Part shown: positions 10,216 to 22,090 of the stretch, piece by piece
How the letters are laid out: every line of letters begins with the position of its first letter
Position numbering within the stretch: position 1 is the stretch's first letter
DNA from: Bdellovibrionales bacterium
Lineage (GTDB): Bacteria; Bdellovibrionota; Bdellovibrionia; Bdellovibrionales; JAUICD01
Reading direction: 5' to 3'
DNA length: 64,000 nucleotides
Assembly: GCA_965262715.1 (NCBI GenBank)
Contig: OZ253553.1
Coordinates: 2,432,001-2,496,000, forward strand
Notes under the pieces: generated by a model
The model's input: the letters and a program-made list of their open reading frames with translations, nothing else
Told to the model about the DNA's origin: nothing
Database searches by the model: none
Program-made: the position numbers and the translations under genes

Positions 10216-10785
10216 ATGCAGACTCAAAATTTTCCTCCACAAGCCTATAGTAAAGAAACCATATCAGAAGCCTTCATGTGGCTACAATCTCAGCCTGATG
10301 AAATCAAGAAAAGAGCTACTCACACAGAAGCATTGCTTTCTCTTTATTTGAAAAACAAAAGCCAAAAGTATTGGGCTGCCAAAACAAATACCTCTATTAA
10401 CAATAGTGTGAATGATTTTAACGACCAACTCCAAGAAATAGCCTTAGAGGTATCTCCTAACCAAACTCAACCACACGCTAATGGAAATACCTTGATAACA
10501 GAGCCTGATTTTAATAACCCTCTATCTCATAGATTAAATGACCCTAGCCACTCTACAACCGTCAACTTCATCAACAAAAAAGAAGAAGGCCATACTTTAG
10601 ATACAAAACAAGATATAGAAGATATGCTAGATGAAAAAAGCTTAACTTCACTTCATAGAACAAAAGCAAAGTTCAATTTAAGCTCTAATAAAGAAGCTGC
10701 TCGCCTCTTAATCTCTTTAGGATTCGAACAGGTCAAATCACTTATGCCTGACAAGCCTGCTCAATCTGATTCAGAAAATCACTAA
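10216..10785 (+). CDS. Hypothetical protein
   Basis: 189-aa ORF co-oriented with prmC. Confidence 0.65.
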   Translation: MQTQNFPPQAYSKETISEAFMWLQSQPDEIKKRATHTEALLSLYLKNKSQKYWAAKTNTSINNSVNDFNDQLQEIALEVSPNQTQPHANGNTLITEPDFNNPLSHRLNDPSHSTTVNFINKKEEGHTLDTKQDIEDMLDEKSLTSLHRTKAKFNLSSNKEAARLLISLGFEQVKSLMPDKPAQSDSENH

Positions 10786-10892
10786 CTGTGAGAATATCAT
10801 CTTTTTTTCTAACATTTGTCCTTCTTATTTATCTTATAATGAAACATAAAATTTTTACTACAACCCTAAATTTCATCTAAAAAAGGTGAAAA

Positions 10893-11726
10893 ATGATAGA
10901 ACTACTGCGATCTCTCACCAAACAGCTTTTTATGTCTCCATCACCTCGAATAGATGCAGAGATTCTTTTAGCCTATGTTTTAAATGTACGAAGAGAAGAA
11001 CTTCTATGTTTAAATCACAAACTCACATCTAAAGAAAAAACTTTATTAGATAAGTGTCTTTCTAAAAGAAAAAAAGGACAACCCATCCAATATATCACTC
11101 AACATGTAGAGTTTTATGGAACTTCCTTTTATGTCAAAGAAGGAGTCTTTATTCCAAGACCTGAAACAGAAATATTAGTTACTTGGGTCCTAAATCATAT
11201 AAAGCCCCATAACAGATTGTTAGATATGGGAGCAGGTACAGGTTGTATTGGATTGACCTTAGCTCTGATAAGATCTGACATCTATATATATGCTTGGGAA
11301 AAATCATCTGTTGCACTTGATGCCCTGCGTCGAAATTATCAAAAGAAAAAATCTCCTCCAAACTATAGTTTTGAATCTTTTGATATCACCTGTAATGCAA
11401 TAAAAGCAAATCACCAAAAAAAATATAACATAGTAGTATCTAATCCTCCTTATATTGGACGTTCTGATCAACATATTGATCCTCTTGTCAAAAAACATGA
11501 ACCCCACTTGGCATTATTTTCCGGGCCAACTGGATGTGAATGTTTGGATAGCTGGTCTCGTATTGCTTATGCTGTTCTTGTAAAAAATGGAAGGATTTGT
11601 TTTGAGATAGGATTTCAACAAGCTCTTCACGCTATAGAAATTTTTCAAAAAAATGGTTTTGTAGATATTAAAATCATCAAAGATAGTGCTGGATTGAATC
11701 GAATCATTGTAGCAAAAAAGACATAA
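10893..11726 (+). CDS. prmC: Release factor glutamine methyltransferase
   Basis: IPRPETE, DMGAGTGCI, SNPPY, EP.LAL. Confidence 0.95.
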   Translation: MIELLRSLTKQLFMSPSPRIDAEILLAYVLNVRREELLCLNHKLTSKEKTLLDKCLSKRKKGQPIQYITQHVEFYGTSFYVKEGVFIPRPETEILVTWVLNHIKPHNRLLDMGAGTGCIGLTLALIRSDIYIYAWEKSSVALDALRRNYQKKKSPPNYSFESFDITCNAIKANHQKKYNIVVSNPPYIGRSDQHIDPLVKKHEPHLALFSGPTGCECLDSWSRIAYAVLVKNGRICFEIGFQQALHAIEIFQKNGFVDIKIIKDSAGLNRIIVAKKT

Positions 11727-11779
11727 GTGAATTCATGTTTAAAAAGATTATCAAATACAAAATATAGGAGTTACAACTA

Positions 11780-13039
11780 ATGGACAAAATGGTTATTCAT
11801 GGTGGACAAAGATTATCAGGGCAAGTCTCTACAAGTGGTTGTAAAAATGCTGTTTTACCTATTTTATTTTCTACTCTACTTACAGAAGGAAGATGCTGTT
11901 TCGAAAATGTACCCTACCTTAGAGATATAGACTCTTCTTTTTCACTTCTAAAAGAGTTAGGAGCCACCATAGAAAGAAAAGACCATCACTTCAGTACCCA
12001 AATTTCCAAAATAAAAAGTGTCAAAGCTCCTTATGATTTTGTCAGTAAAATGCGAGCAGGCATTTTGTGTTTAGGACCTCTTTTAGCAAGGTGTCAAAGA
12101 GCTATTGTCAGCCTCCCAGGAGGGTGTGCAATAGGAACAAGACCTGTAGACCAACATTTAGAAGCACTCAAATTAATGGGAGCAGATTTCCAAATTAAAG
12201 ATGGCTATATTCATGGTAAGTGTCGAGACCTTAGAGGTGCTCATATTATTTTTGATCAGGTCACTGTAGGAGGAACAGAAAATATTTTAATGGCAGCTGT
12301 ACTGGCTAAGGGAGAAACCATCATTGAGAATGCTGCTAAAGAACCAGAAGTGACTGCTTTAATTCATTATTTAAATCATCTAGGAGCTAAAATTTCAGGA
12401 ACTGGTAGCAGCTTCTTAAAAATAGAAGGTGTCCAAGCTCTCAAATCAACATCAGAAAGTTATATGATTATTCCTGATCGTATAGAAGCAGGCACACTCT
12501 TAATAGCAGGTGCTATAACAGGTGGAGATGTAAAAGTAACTAACTGTATCCCATCACATTTAAAAACATTAACCGATAAGTTAAAAGAAGCTGGCTTTTG
12601 TCTAGAGGAAGGTAAAGATTGGATTAGAGTTCTACCATGCGCTTCATTTCAAGCTGTAGATATATCAACAACACCTTACCCTGGCTTTCCCACAGACTTA
12701 CAAGCCCAATTTATGGCACTTATGACACAGGCTAAGGGTGTAAGCGTGATTACAGAAAACATTTTTGAAAATCGTTTTATGCATGTGCAAGAACTTAAAA
12801 GATTAGGAGCTAATATCACTCCTAAAACAAAGGTGGCTATTGTGAGGGGACCAACAAAATTAAGAGGCGCAAGCCTGATTGCTACAGACTTAAGGGCAAG
12901 TGCAAGCCTCATTTTAGCAGCTCTTGTTGCAGAAAATACCACAACAGTCCACCGTGTATACCACTTAGATAGAGGATATGAAAAATTAGAACAAAAACTA
13001 TCCTCATTAGGTGGTAATATAGTAAGAAGGAGTGTTTAA
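11780..13039 (+). CDS. murA: UDP-N-acetylglucosamine 1-carboxyvinyltransferase
   Basis: KNAVLP, LPGGCAIGTRPVDQH, PGFPTDLQAQ, TDLRASA. Confidence 0.98.
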   Translation: MDKMVIHGGQRLSGQVSTSGCKNAVLPILFSTLLTEGRCCFENVPYLRDIDSSFSLLKELGATIERKDHHFSTQISKIKSVKAPYDFVSKMRAGILCLGPLLARCQRAIVSLPGGCAIGTRPVDQHLEALKLMGADFQIKDGYIHGKCRDLRGAHIIFDQVTVGGTENILMAAVLAKGETIIENAAKEPEVTALIHYLNHLGAKISGTGSSFLKIEGVQALKSTSESYMIIPDRIEAGTLLIAGAITGGDVKVTNCIPSHLKTLTDKLKEAGFCLEEGKDWIRVLPCASFQAVDISTTPYPGFPTDLQAQFMALMTQAKGVSVITENIFENRFMHVQELKRLGANITPKTKVAIVRGPTKLRGASLIATDLRASASLILAALVAENTTTVHRVYHLDRGYEKLEQKLSSLGGNIVRRSV

Positions 13040-13044
13040 AAATA

Positions 13045-16000
13045 ATGTCTCAAAATGTACCACAACCACAATGGATGATTAAGGATACAGAAGGAAACCT
13101 TTCTGGCCCTCACAGTCTACAAGCGATAATTGATCTTATCTATGAAGGAACACTTATAGGCACAGAGAAAATATCAGAATATCCAGGTGGTTTATGGAAA
13201 ACTCTTTCTCAGTGCCATCAATTTTATGATCCTTTATTTTCTGCTCTCGCAAACAAAAATTTACCTCAAAAAATTGAAGATTCTTCTCCTCTTCCTTCAA
13301 GTGATGATGTAAATAATCAAGAAGAACTTAACGAGAATGAAGATCATCAAAACCTCTACACAGAAAATATAAGCGAAGAAAGTATAAATAAGGAATCAAA
13401 CTGTCCAATAGTAGAAGATGCTAATATAGGTTCTTTTTCTCAAGCTAAAAAGATATCAAACGAGAAACAAGAACGAACTATGTTAGTTGAAAGCATTTCT
13501 AGCAAAGATAAGTTGTTTGACACTTATGAAAAGCATCCATCTAAAAAGAATATACTACATTCCAAGAGTGCTTCAAATTATACTAACCAAAATAGTTCTC
13601 CACTTCCAGACTTTTCAAATAATGAATTACTGCCACAACACAGCAAAGCAAAACTACCAGCTTTAGCTACACCTATCACTAAGAAGCCCAAAAAAGCACC
13701 TAAAAGAAAACCTAGAATATTTTTTATCTTTTTCTTTATCATTATTAGTTATTTTCTACTTATAGATGATAACGATAACAACAAGCAAGATGAAAAATTT
13801 GCAAGATTGATAGCTCCTCAAAAGTTTAATATAGGACAGCTTCCACAACCTGAAATAAGAAAGCGTTTTCAAAAAGCTATTAAATTATTTTATAGAAGTA
13901 CCTATCTTGATTATATCAAAGCACAAACTGAGTTAGTAGACCTTGCAGAGCAGGCTTCAGATATTCCTGATATCTTAGGATTGCTCTGCTTAACACATAG
14001 AGAACTTTGGCCTTACTCTAAAAAAACAAACCAAGACCTTGAAGCAGTTTCTTCCCTTTCACAAAGAATATCAAAAGTACAAGCTATAGGCATTCATCAA
14101 GACCAATGTAATATTGTAAAATATCTTTTTTCAAACCAGATAAAAATAGCTAAAGATGTAATAAATAAAGTTTTAGAAGATTACCCAAATGCTCCTGTAC
14201 TTTATGATTTGAAAGCAGAAATATTAGCTAAAGAGAAAAAATACAGTGAAGCTATTGCCTTTATTCAAAGAGCTAGAAATATTTCCAGCGAGTGGAATTC
14301 ATGGCTCAAGCTTTATATTCAAGAGGCAGAGTATCAAATAGCAGATCAAAAATATATACATGCAGCTGATATTCTAAGACCACTGCACTCTAAATTCCCA
14401 TCTCATGTCTTAATATCCGTACTCCTAGGATATTTAGATTTAAGGTTTCTTGATAACCAGAAACAAGGAGTTGAGCTTATCCAAAAAGGACTGCAATCTG
14501 AAGAAGTGTTATTGTCTAAGACCTATAGTAAAGTCACACTAGCTTTAGCCCAATATCATGAAAAGCAGAAAAACCCAAAAATGGCTTTAGATTTTGCTAA
14601 AAAAAGCTACCAAAAAAGTTTTTACAATACCAATGCAGAAAACATAATATTGCGATTAGGAGGAATCAAAGCTATACAATCTATGCAAACAACAGAAGAT
14701 CAACTCATTGCTACAGGAGACGCTTTTTATAACAGAAAAATGTTTATAGAAGCACAAGCCAAGTACCAAATAGCTTACGAAGAAAATCCAAAAAGTGCTA
14801 AAGCAGCCTTAAGAGCAGCTAAATGTCTATGGGAATTAAATTTAACAGAAGAGAGTATAAAATGGGCTAAAAAGGCCCTTGTGGCTGATCCTAAATTGGT
14901 AGAGGCATACACCACACTGTCAGATTACCTCACTCAAAGATATCATTTTGATGCCGCCATTGCCCTACTTTTACGTGCTGCAAAAAGAATACCTCGAAAT
15001 TACAAAATCTTACAAAGTATTGCATCAGTGGAATTTAAAAGACCAAATTATAAAAGCGCCGAATCTTTTGCAAGAAAAGCTCTTAAACTAAATGATGCTG
15101 ATATAACTACAAACACTTTATTAGCTGAAATTCTTTATGAAACAAAAAAATATAATGAAGCCTTTCATATTATTGCTAAATCTATGGAAATAGGAGGAAA
15201 CCAGATACAAATCCACAGGCTTTATGGAAAAACAATAGCTGCTATAAAAGGAGAAGCTTCTGGAGTGAAACATTTGACAGGCCTCATTAACACCTATCCC
15301 AACATTGTAGATTATCAAATAGCTTTATCTGAGGTTCATTTGGCTTATCATAATTATGCAAAAGCAAAGGATGTTTTAGAAAAAGCAATAGTCATTAATC
15401 CTGAAGAAAAAAAAGCTTATATGTTATTAGGTGAAACTTATTCAAAGATGGTAGATGATAAGAATGCGCTAAATAAAGCATTAAAATCTTACCTGCAGGT
15501 TGCTATTAAAGACCCTTTTGATGTAAGGCCTTTATTTGAAATTGGACTTATTTACATGAGAACTAAAAAGTATGCAGACGCTATTAAACAGTTTGGAAGG
15601 GTTTTAAGAATTAATGAAAGTTATCCTAAAGCCCATTTCTATCAAGGGACCTCTTATTTCTTTTTAGGACTAAGTAATCAAGCACTTGCTGCAACAAAAA
15701 AAGAAAAACAAATCAACCCAAGTCTTGCTGAACCTTACCTACTTGCTGGAGATATTTATATGAATGTTGGACTTTACAAGAAAGCTATTTTAGAATTTCA
15801 AAGAGCTATTAAATTACGTCCACAGGGGGCGCAGATTTATGTCTCCTTGGCTAAAGCTTATAGATTTTCTAATGAGTTTGATGTTGCTGAACAAATGATT
15901 AAACAAGCTGAACGACTAGAAAATGGTAATCCAAAGGTTTACAAAGAACAAGGAGCAATTTATGAAAGTAGAGGAGAAGTACAAAGAGCTATTGCAGTTT

Positions 16001-16083
16001 ATGAACAATACCTTCAAATATCTCCAAACGCCAATGATAGACAAGTTATTAGATCAAAAATTTCACAACTTGCTCAGCAATAA
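13045..16083 (+). CDS. Large membrane-anchored TPR protein with an N-terminal GYF-like domain
   Basis: W....G..SGP N-terminus, one TM segment, many TPR repeats. Confidence 0.85.
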   Translation: MSQNVPQPQWMIKDTEGNLSGPHSLQAIIDLIYEGTLIGTEKISEYPGGLWKTLSQCHQFYDPLFSALANKNLPQKIEDSSPLPSSDDVNNQEELNENEDHQNLYTENISEESINKESNCPIVEDANIGSFSQAKKISNEKQERTMLVESISSKDKLFDTYEKHPSKKNILHSKSASNYTNQNSSPLPDFSNNELLPQHSKAKLPALATPITKKPKKAPKRKPRIFFIFFFIIISYFLLIDDNDNNKQDEKFARLIAPQKFNIGQLPQPEIRKRFQKAIKLFYRSTYLDYIKAQTELVDLAEQASDIPDILGLLCLTHRELWPYSKKTNQDLEAVSSLSQRISKVQAIGIHQDQCNIVKYLFSNQIKIAKDVINKVLEDYPNAPVLYDLKAEILAKEKKYSEAIAFIQRARNISSEWNSWLKLYIQEAEYQIADQKYIHAADILRPLHSKFPSHVLISVLLGYLDLRFLDNQKQGVELIQKGLQSEEVLLSKTYSKVTLALAQYHEKQKNPKMALDFAKKSYQKSFYNTNAENIILRLGGIKAIQSMQTTEDQLIATGDAFYNRKMFIEAQAKYQIAYEENPKSAKAALRAAKCLWELNLTEESIKWAKKALVADPKLVEAYTTLSDYLTQRYHFDAAIALLLRAAKRIPRNYKILQSIASVEFKRPNYKSAESFARKALKLNDADITTNTLLAEILYETKKYNEAFHIIAKSMEIGGNQIQIHRLYGKTIAAIKGEASGVKHLTGLINTYPNIVDYQIALSEVHLAYHNYAKAKDVLEKAIVINPEEKKAYMLLGETYSKMVDDKNALNKALKSYLQVAIKDPFDVRPLFEIGLIYMRTKKYADAIKQFGRVLRINESYPKAHFYQGTSYFFLGLSNQALAATKKEKQINPSLAEPYLLAGDIYMNVGLYKKAILEFQRAIKLRPQGAQIYVSLAKAYRFSNEFDVAEQMIKQAERLENGNPKVYKEQGAIYESRGEVQRAIAVYEQYLQISPNANDRQVIRSKISQLAQQ

Positions 16084-16086
16084 TAT

Positions 16087-16347
16087 GTGTGTATGAAACT
16101 TGTAACTTTTATTTCCAGAATCATGACAGGGTTTGTTTTTGGTTGGGTTTTTGCTATTATCGGCAGAGAAATCATTGGAACATTTATAGGATATCCTCTC
16201 TTTGTCTTTTGGTTTATTCTTTCTTTCTTATTATTATCTTTTTTAAGATTAACACGTTCCTGGACCTTAACAGATATAGGGATTTTTAATGTTATCTTCT
16301 TCACTGTTGGTTATCTAATAAAAACTTATATTACCATAGCACCTTAA
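16087..16347 (+). CDS. Small membrane protein
   Basis: Three hydrophobic segments; starts 3 nt after the TPR gene stop. Confidence 0.6.
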   Translation: MCMKLVTFISRIMTGFVFGWVFAIIGREIIGTFIGYPLFVFWFILSFLLLSFLRLTRSWTLTDIGIFNVIFFTVGYLIKTYITIAP

Positions 16348-16459
16348 TTTATAGCCCTCAAATCTTGATCCAACCTACTTGACACATCCATTCCATGTGA
16401 ACAATCATTTTAGAAGAATTAAAGCAACGTAACACTACATATTCAAAAGGAGAATAACA

Positions 16460-17260
16460 ATGCTATTTTCACATTTTAAAAGAATGTTTATATTTTTTAC
16501 CTTTATCACAACAGTAATAAACCATTTTTCTATAGCACAGGAAGACATTGATGATGGTCTAAGTCTAATAAGAAATAGCTTTGACGGAAATATTGAAACA
16601 GTCATGTTCTTGATAGATCAGGGAGTTGACCCGAATACAAAAAGTGCCAACGCCACCCCATTGACAGCCGCAGCTATTGGATACAACTTTGGTATAATGA
16701 AACTATTATTACAAAAAGGAGCAGATCCCAATCCTTATAGATTCCTGAATGAGAGATGCACACTGATTATTTCTTTAATGGAATACCACACATCAGACGA
16801 CTCTCTCCTTTTTGAAGCAATAAGAATTTTACTAGAAGGGGGAGCAAATCCTAACTCACATAGTGGACATTTGTCTAATATAACAGCTTTAATGCCAGCT
16901 AGTGAGAAAGCAGGAAGTGACGGAGATTATGGAGAGAAGTCATTAGAATTGACCAGGCTTTTATTAGAATACCATGCAGATCCTAATGAGCGGGATGAAC
17001 ATGGGCACACAGCACTTATGGGTGCCGAATTCAAAGCAGGAGCTGAGCTTTTATTGGCATTTGGAGCAGATCCTAATATGCAAGCGAATGATGGAGGCAC
17101 AGCACTAATGCATGCTAGTAGAATAGGTAATTTAGATTTAATTAATACCCTATTAGAGTGGGGGGCAGATCCTGGTATACCAGATAATGAAGGTAACACA
17201 GCTACAATCTTAGCTAAAAACCAGGAAGTATCCCAATATCTGGAGAATTGGAGAAAGTGA
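16460..17260 (+). CDS. Secreted ankyrin-repeat protein
   Basis: Signal peptide, repeated LL..GADPN...G.TALM, RBS AGGAG. Confidence 0.92.
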   Translation: MLFSHFKRMFIFFTFITTVINHFSIAQEDIDDGLSLIRNSFDGNIETVMFLIDQGVDPNTKSANATPLTAAAIGYNFGIMKLLLQKGADPNPYRFLNERCTLIISLMEYHTSDDSLLFEAIRILLEGGANPNSHSGHLSNITALMPASEKAGSDGDYGEKSLELTRLLLEYHADPNERDEHGHTALMGAEFKAGAELLLAFGADPNMQANDGGTALMHASRIGNLDLINTLLEWGADPGIPDNEGNTATILAKNQEVSQYLENWRK

Positions 17261-17332
17261 AAGAGGATTCTTTTTAGCATAAGCATTACTCATTTGCTGT
17301 AAATATCTGGGTAATTTGTTAAGAAGAGAAAA

Positions 17333-17360
17333 CAGTGCAAGGAATTTTTCCTTGTACTTA
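17333..17360. terminator. Probable bidirectional terminator between convergent ankyrin genes
   Basis: agtgcaaggaa / ttccttgtact hairpin. Confidence 0.5.
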
Positions 17361-17397
17361 ATTTAAATTGCAGAACCAATATTTACCTGACAAGTTT

Positions 17398-18389
17398 TTA
17401 GAGTGTATCTAAATCTATTGCATCTAGATAGAGTTTTGTTTTTACAGGACAAGTCTCTGCAGCATCTCTTAAGCCGATGGGATACTGTTGTCCTTCTCTA
17501 TATTGATTTCCAAAGTCTCCTCGGATTGAAAATAACTCTTCTAAAGTTCTTGTCTAAGGGTTGAGTCTTCGTTTATATCGATCCCTTGTAGAAACGATTC
17601 TTGCAAATAAAAAACACTCATAATTGATTTTGCTTCTTTTGGTTCATGGTTTCGATCCAAATCAAAATGCCCTAATTCATGAAAAATGAGCATCTCCTTT
17701 ACATTCTCAGGGCGAGTGAACCACGCATCGTAGTTTATAAGGATATGCTTGCTACTAGGGATGTAGTAGGTTGTGCCTTGAAGAGTGAATTTTTCTGCTA
17801 ACCGGCTGAACTGTCTCCAGACTTCGCTATCTGATCTATAAAAAAGGATTTTGACAGGGTAATCAAACCCTTCTTGACCTGTTATTTCTTTTTTGGTGAA
17901 TAGGTATCTTTCGATATAAGGCAAAAACTCAGAGTGTGTTTCCGCATCTATCCATGTCTGAGGGGAATCAGAGATACACTCTACTGGCACAATGTCACCA
18001 AGATTAATGGAAGAGAAGACTTGAGAAGCATCTGAGTTAGGTTCCAGGTCTGCTTCCCTTTCTATTAAAATTTTTGCAACTTTTTGATTTCTTTTTATAA
18101 TGGCCCAATAAAGGGCAGTTCGTCCTAGAATATCTCGCTTGTTTATATCTGCTCCTGCTTCTAAGAGTGTCATTGTGATTTCTGTACGTTCAAAAAAAAT
18201 CGAATGAAAAAGAAGAGTTTCTCCCACAAGATTTATTGTATCAACATCTGCCCCTGTGTCTAAAAACTCTTTAACCTGGTCAAGATCACCTATGAGAATG
18301 GCAGTAAACACATCAATATATTGGCCTTGAGCATAAGCAAGGCTATGCAAACATAATAAGAGTGATGAAATAGACAGTAATTTTTTAAT
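17398..18389 (-). pseudogene. Ankyrin-repeat plus HExxH metalloprotease fusion, frameshifted near the 3' end (ORF track 17541..18350)
   Basis: Ankyrin repeats then FHELGH..L...H; coding continues in another frame (LEELFSIRGD...DTL* to 17398); signal peptide extends to ATT at 18389. Confidence 0.65.
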
Positions 18390-18601
18390 AAAGTGTCCTT
18401 TAACTTCAAAAATTATATATCTATTGATTTTTTAAGTTCCTAATTTCAAGTTGAAAGTAGTTTGTTCTACTTATATTTTCTGTTATAAACTTAAATCCTA
18501 TATACATTATATCTATTGCTCTCCCGACTTGTCATCCATGAAATCTAATTTATCATTATAATAAACATTAATTTTATATAAAAGAGATTGATCCTTTTTA
18601 G

Positions 18602-18768
18602 CTAAAATAACATAGCCGTATCATAATAACCTAAAAGACTAGCAAGCCTCCAAGCTGCATGACCAACTTCACTCTCATAATTAGGATCAACTCCGAATTC
18701 CAACAATAACTCCATTATTGGTATAACCTCGAACATAAAGATGGAGGATCCCAAGCTAAAAGTTTTAA
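18602..18768 (-). pseudogene. Ankyrin-repeat gene remnant
   Basis: Manual translation IMELLLEFGVDPNYESEVGHAAWRLASLLG; frame open up to the terminal CRISPR repeat. Confidence 0.6.
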
Positions 18769-19347
18769 CAGTTCATCCCCGCAGGTGCGGGGAACATTGT
18801 TTTCTTTAAGGAGGGGTTTAACAACATTACCGGTTCATCCCCGCAGGTGCGGGGAACATATACAGACATTAAAGATATGCTTTACTCATATCGGTTCATC
18901 CCCGCAGGTGCGGGGAACATCTCATGCAGTTTGAAAACCAAATCAGTCATTTCGGTTCATCCCCGCAGGTGCGGGGAACATACCCAGATTTTTAAGCCAA
19001 CAAAAACCTCTGTCGGTTCATCCCCGCAGGTGCGGGGAACATCTCTATAATCAGAGTTTAACAGTTCTGGTATCCGGTTCATCCCCGCAGGTGCGGGGAA
19101 CATTACTTGAGCCATTTTGTAAGCCGGCTCTTTGGCGGTTCATCCCCGCAGGTGCGGGGAACATTTTTACCTTAAAGGCATAGTTTGAATCTAAACCGGT
19201 TCATCCCCGCAGGTGCGGGGAACATGCAAAACATAGAAACCTTAAATAATAAAGGGACGGTTCATCCCCGCAGGTGCGGGGAACATTGGATCAAGTGCAT
19301 AATACTTAGCAAACCTTCCGGTTCATCCCCGCAGGTGCGGGGAACAT
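18769..19347 (-). CRISPR. Type I-E CRISPR array, 10 repeats and 9 spacers
   Basis: 29-bp repeat ATGTTCCCCGCACCTGCGGGGATGAACCG (minus strand) at 18769, 18831, 18892, 18953, 19014, 19075, 19136, 19197, 19258, 19319; spacers 32 bp (one 33); distal repeat has one mismatch. Confidence 0.99.
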
Positions 19348-19411
19348 ACTTCTTATAACTTATTAAAATATCAAAGAAATTTTAATATGAAACCTTTTAC
19401 CATTTAATATC
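19348..19411 (-). promoter_or_regulatory. CRISPR leader
   Basis: AT-rich stretch between the cas2 stop and the first repeat, opposite the degenerate repeat. Confidence 0.7.
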
Positions 19412-20676
<1,265 letters not shown>

Positions 20677-20731
20677 ACTTGCCTTTAAATTATAAATTTT
20701 ATATTCCTTTTACTTGCCATAAAAACTTAAT

Positions 20732-21400
20732 CTAAGATTTTGCTATGGACAACATTCCACAGCCAAAAGCCTTTCCTGGTCCTATCCCACGAAGTATTAT
20801 ATTTTCAACAAAAGCTTTAGGTTCATACAATTTCAAATACCCTCTGAAAGAGACTGTGTAAATAGTTCCAAAATGGTACTGGCTTTTTTGTTTTTTCTTA
20901 AATCTTAAAGGGAAGCTCTCAACAATTTCACAGTCTTTTATAAACACATAATTCTCTTTTTCCATCATCTTTTTCAACCACTGCAGCATCACTTGATCTT
21001 TTGTTAAGTTATTCCTTAAGTCCCCTCTCAAAGACACTCTGACATCCCCTCGATTTGCGCTTTTTCCTTCTTTTTTTAGTTTTTTACTTGGATAAGCTCT
21101 TATAAAAAATTTAAGTTCCTGATTGATTTTTAAATCTTCAAGAGGTCTACTGAAGTTTTTTGTTTGTTTTAAATAAAGGTTCCTTTTTTGCATCTCTGAA
21201 TTATTACAAACAGGTTCCATAATAGACTGTACAAGAATTTTTTTACTGCCTTTCTCATGAGGATTTTCCACTCTATAGAAAAAAGGAGATCTCTGATAAG
21301 AGGATGAATCAACATTTGGAAAAAACTTCCATAAGTCTTTATGCAACTGATAATAATCCAGAGGTTTCAAGCTTTTCAAAATACACAGACTAAGAAACAT
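20732..21400 (-). CDS. cas6e: Type I-E Cas6/CasE
   Basis: YQLH..LW..F and C-terminal GIGPGKAFGCGML. Confidence 0.95.
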   Translation of the reverse strand: MFLSLCILKSLKPLDYYQLHKDLWKFFPNVDSSSYQRSPFFYRVENPHEKGSKKILVQSIMEPVCNNSEMQKRNLYLKQTKNFSRPLEDLKINQELKFFIRAYPSKKLKKEGKSANRGDVRVSLRGDLRNNLTKDQVMLQWLKKMMEKENYVFIKDCEIVESFPLRFKKKQKSQYHFGTIYTVSFRGYLKLYEPKAFVENIILRGIGPGKAFGCGMLSIAKS

Positions 21401-22076
21401 TGCTTTCCCCCTGAATATAAACTACACGATTAGCAAATCGTCTAACAGAGTCTTTTATAGGAACATCTCTGACCTGTATAGGAACACCACCAATATCTTG
21501 GCTTTCACTATAAACAACTCCTTGTGTATCTGATAATTCTTTTAAAACTTCTTTTATATTCTCTGCCTTAAAAACTTTTTCAAATAAAGGACGATGTAAA
21601 GGACAAGACCTGCGACCTAAAAATGGTGTGAAAATAGGTTTTTCAATGGCTTCTTTGATTTGGTTTAAGTTATAAATAGCATCTTTTTTGAAATCCAAAA
21701 TAAGTGTAAATTCTGCATCGTTTAAATACTCCCTGTAAGAAATGATTGCTTCTTTCCTGGGTTTCCCATTGGCCCTCCGTCCATCAAGCACTGTGTGATA
21801 ATCTGTCATCTTATTTATAGATAAATCTCGAACTTGTGTGCCTTTGTAAACCTGTTTTTCAAGCCTTCTCTTTTCTGCCTTGATCGTGAGTTCAAAGCTT
21901 TGGTTAAGATCTTCTCGCTTTTGAATGTTATCCCTTTCAATCCCTAAACAAGCTCCTAAAAGTCCCAAAATTCCACTTCTGGTCGGAAAAATATAAGATG
22001 GACGGAAAGTTTCATAAGTATGTCCACCCCATGCCTGCATAGCTCCTTGAAGTTTTAAAATTAAAAACTCTTTCAT
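21390..22076 (-). CDS. cas5e: Type I-E Cas5/CasD
   Basis: L.L.GAMQAWG, PTRSGILGL, DYHTV, FLGRRSC. Confidence 0.96.
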   Translation of the reverse strand: MKEFLILKLQGAMQAWGGHTYETFRPSYIFPTRSGILGLLGACLGIERDNIQKREDLNQSFELTIKAEKRRLEKQVYKGTQVRDLSINKMTDYHTVLDGRRANGKPRKEAIISYREYLNDAEFTLILDFKKDAIYNLNQIKEAIEKPIFTPFLGRRSCPLHRPLFEKVFKAENIKEVLKELSDTQGVVYSESQDIGGVPIQVRDVPIKDSVRRFANRVVYIQGESNVS

Positions 22077-22090
22077 GGTTGTTTATCCTT

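Noticed and set aside
18798..18830. Self-targeting: spacer shares aaggaggggttt with ~54947-54958
   Set aside because: Only 12 nt of RBS-like sequence; no full protospacer seen by eye, though a computational scan was not possible.
18847..19050. 67-aa ORF
   Set aside because: Translation of CRISPR repeats and spacers.
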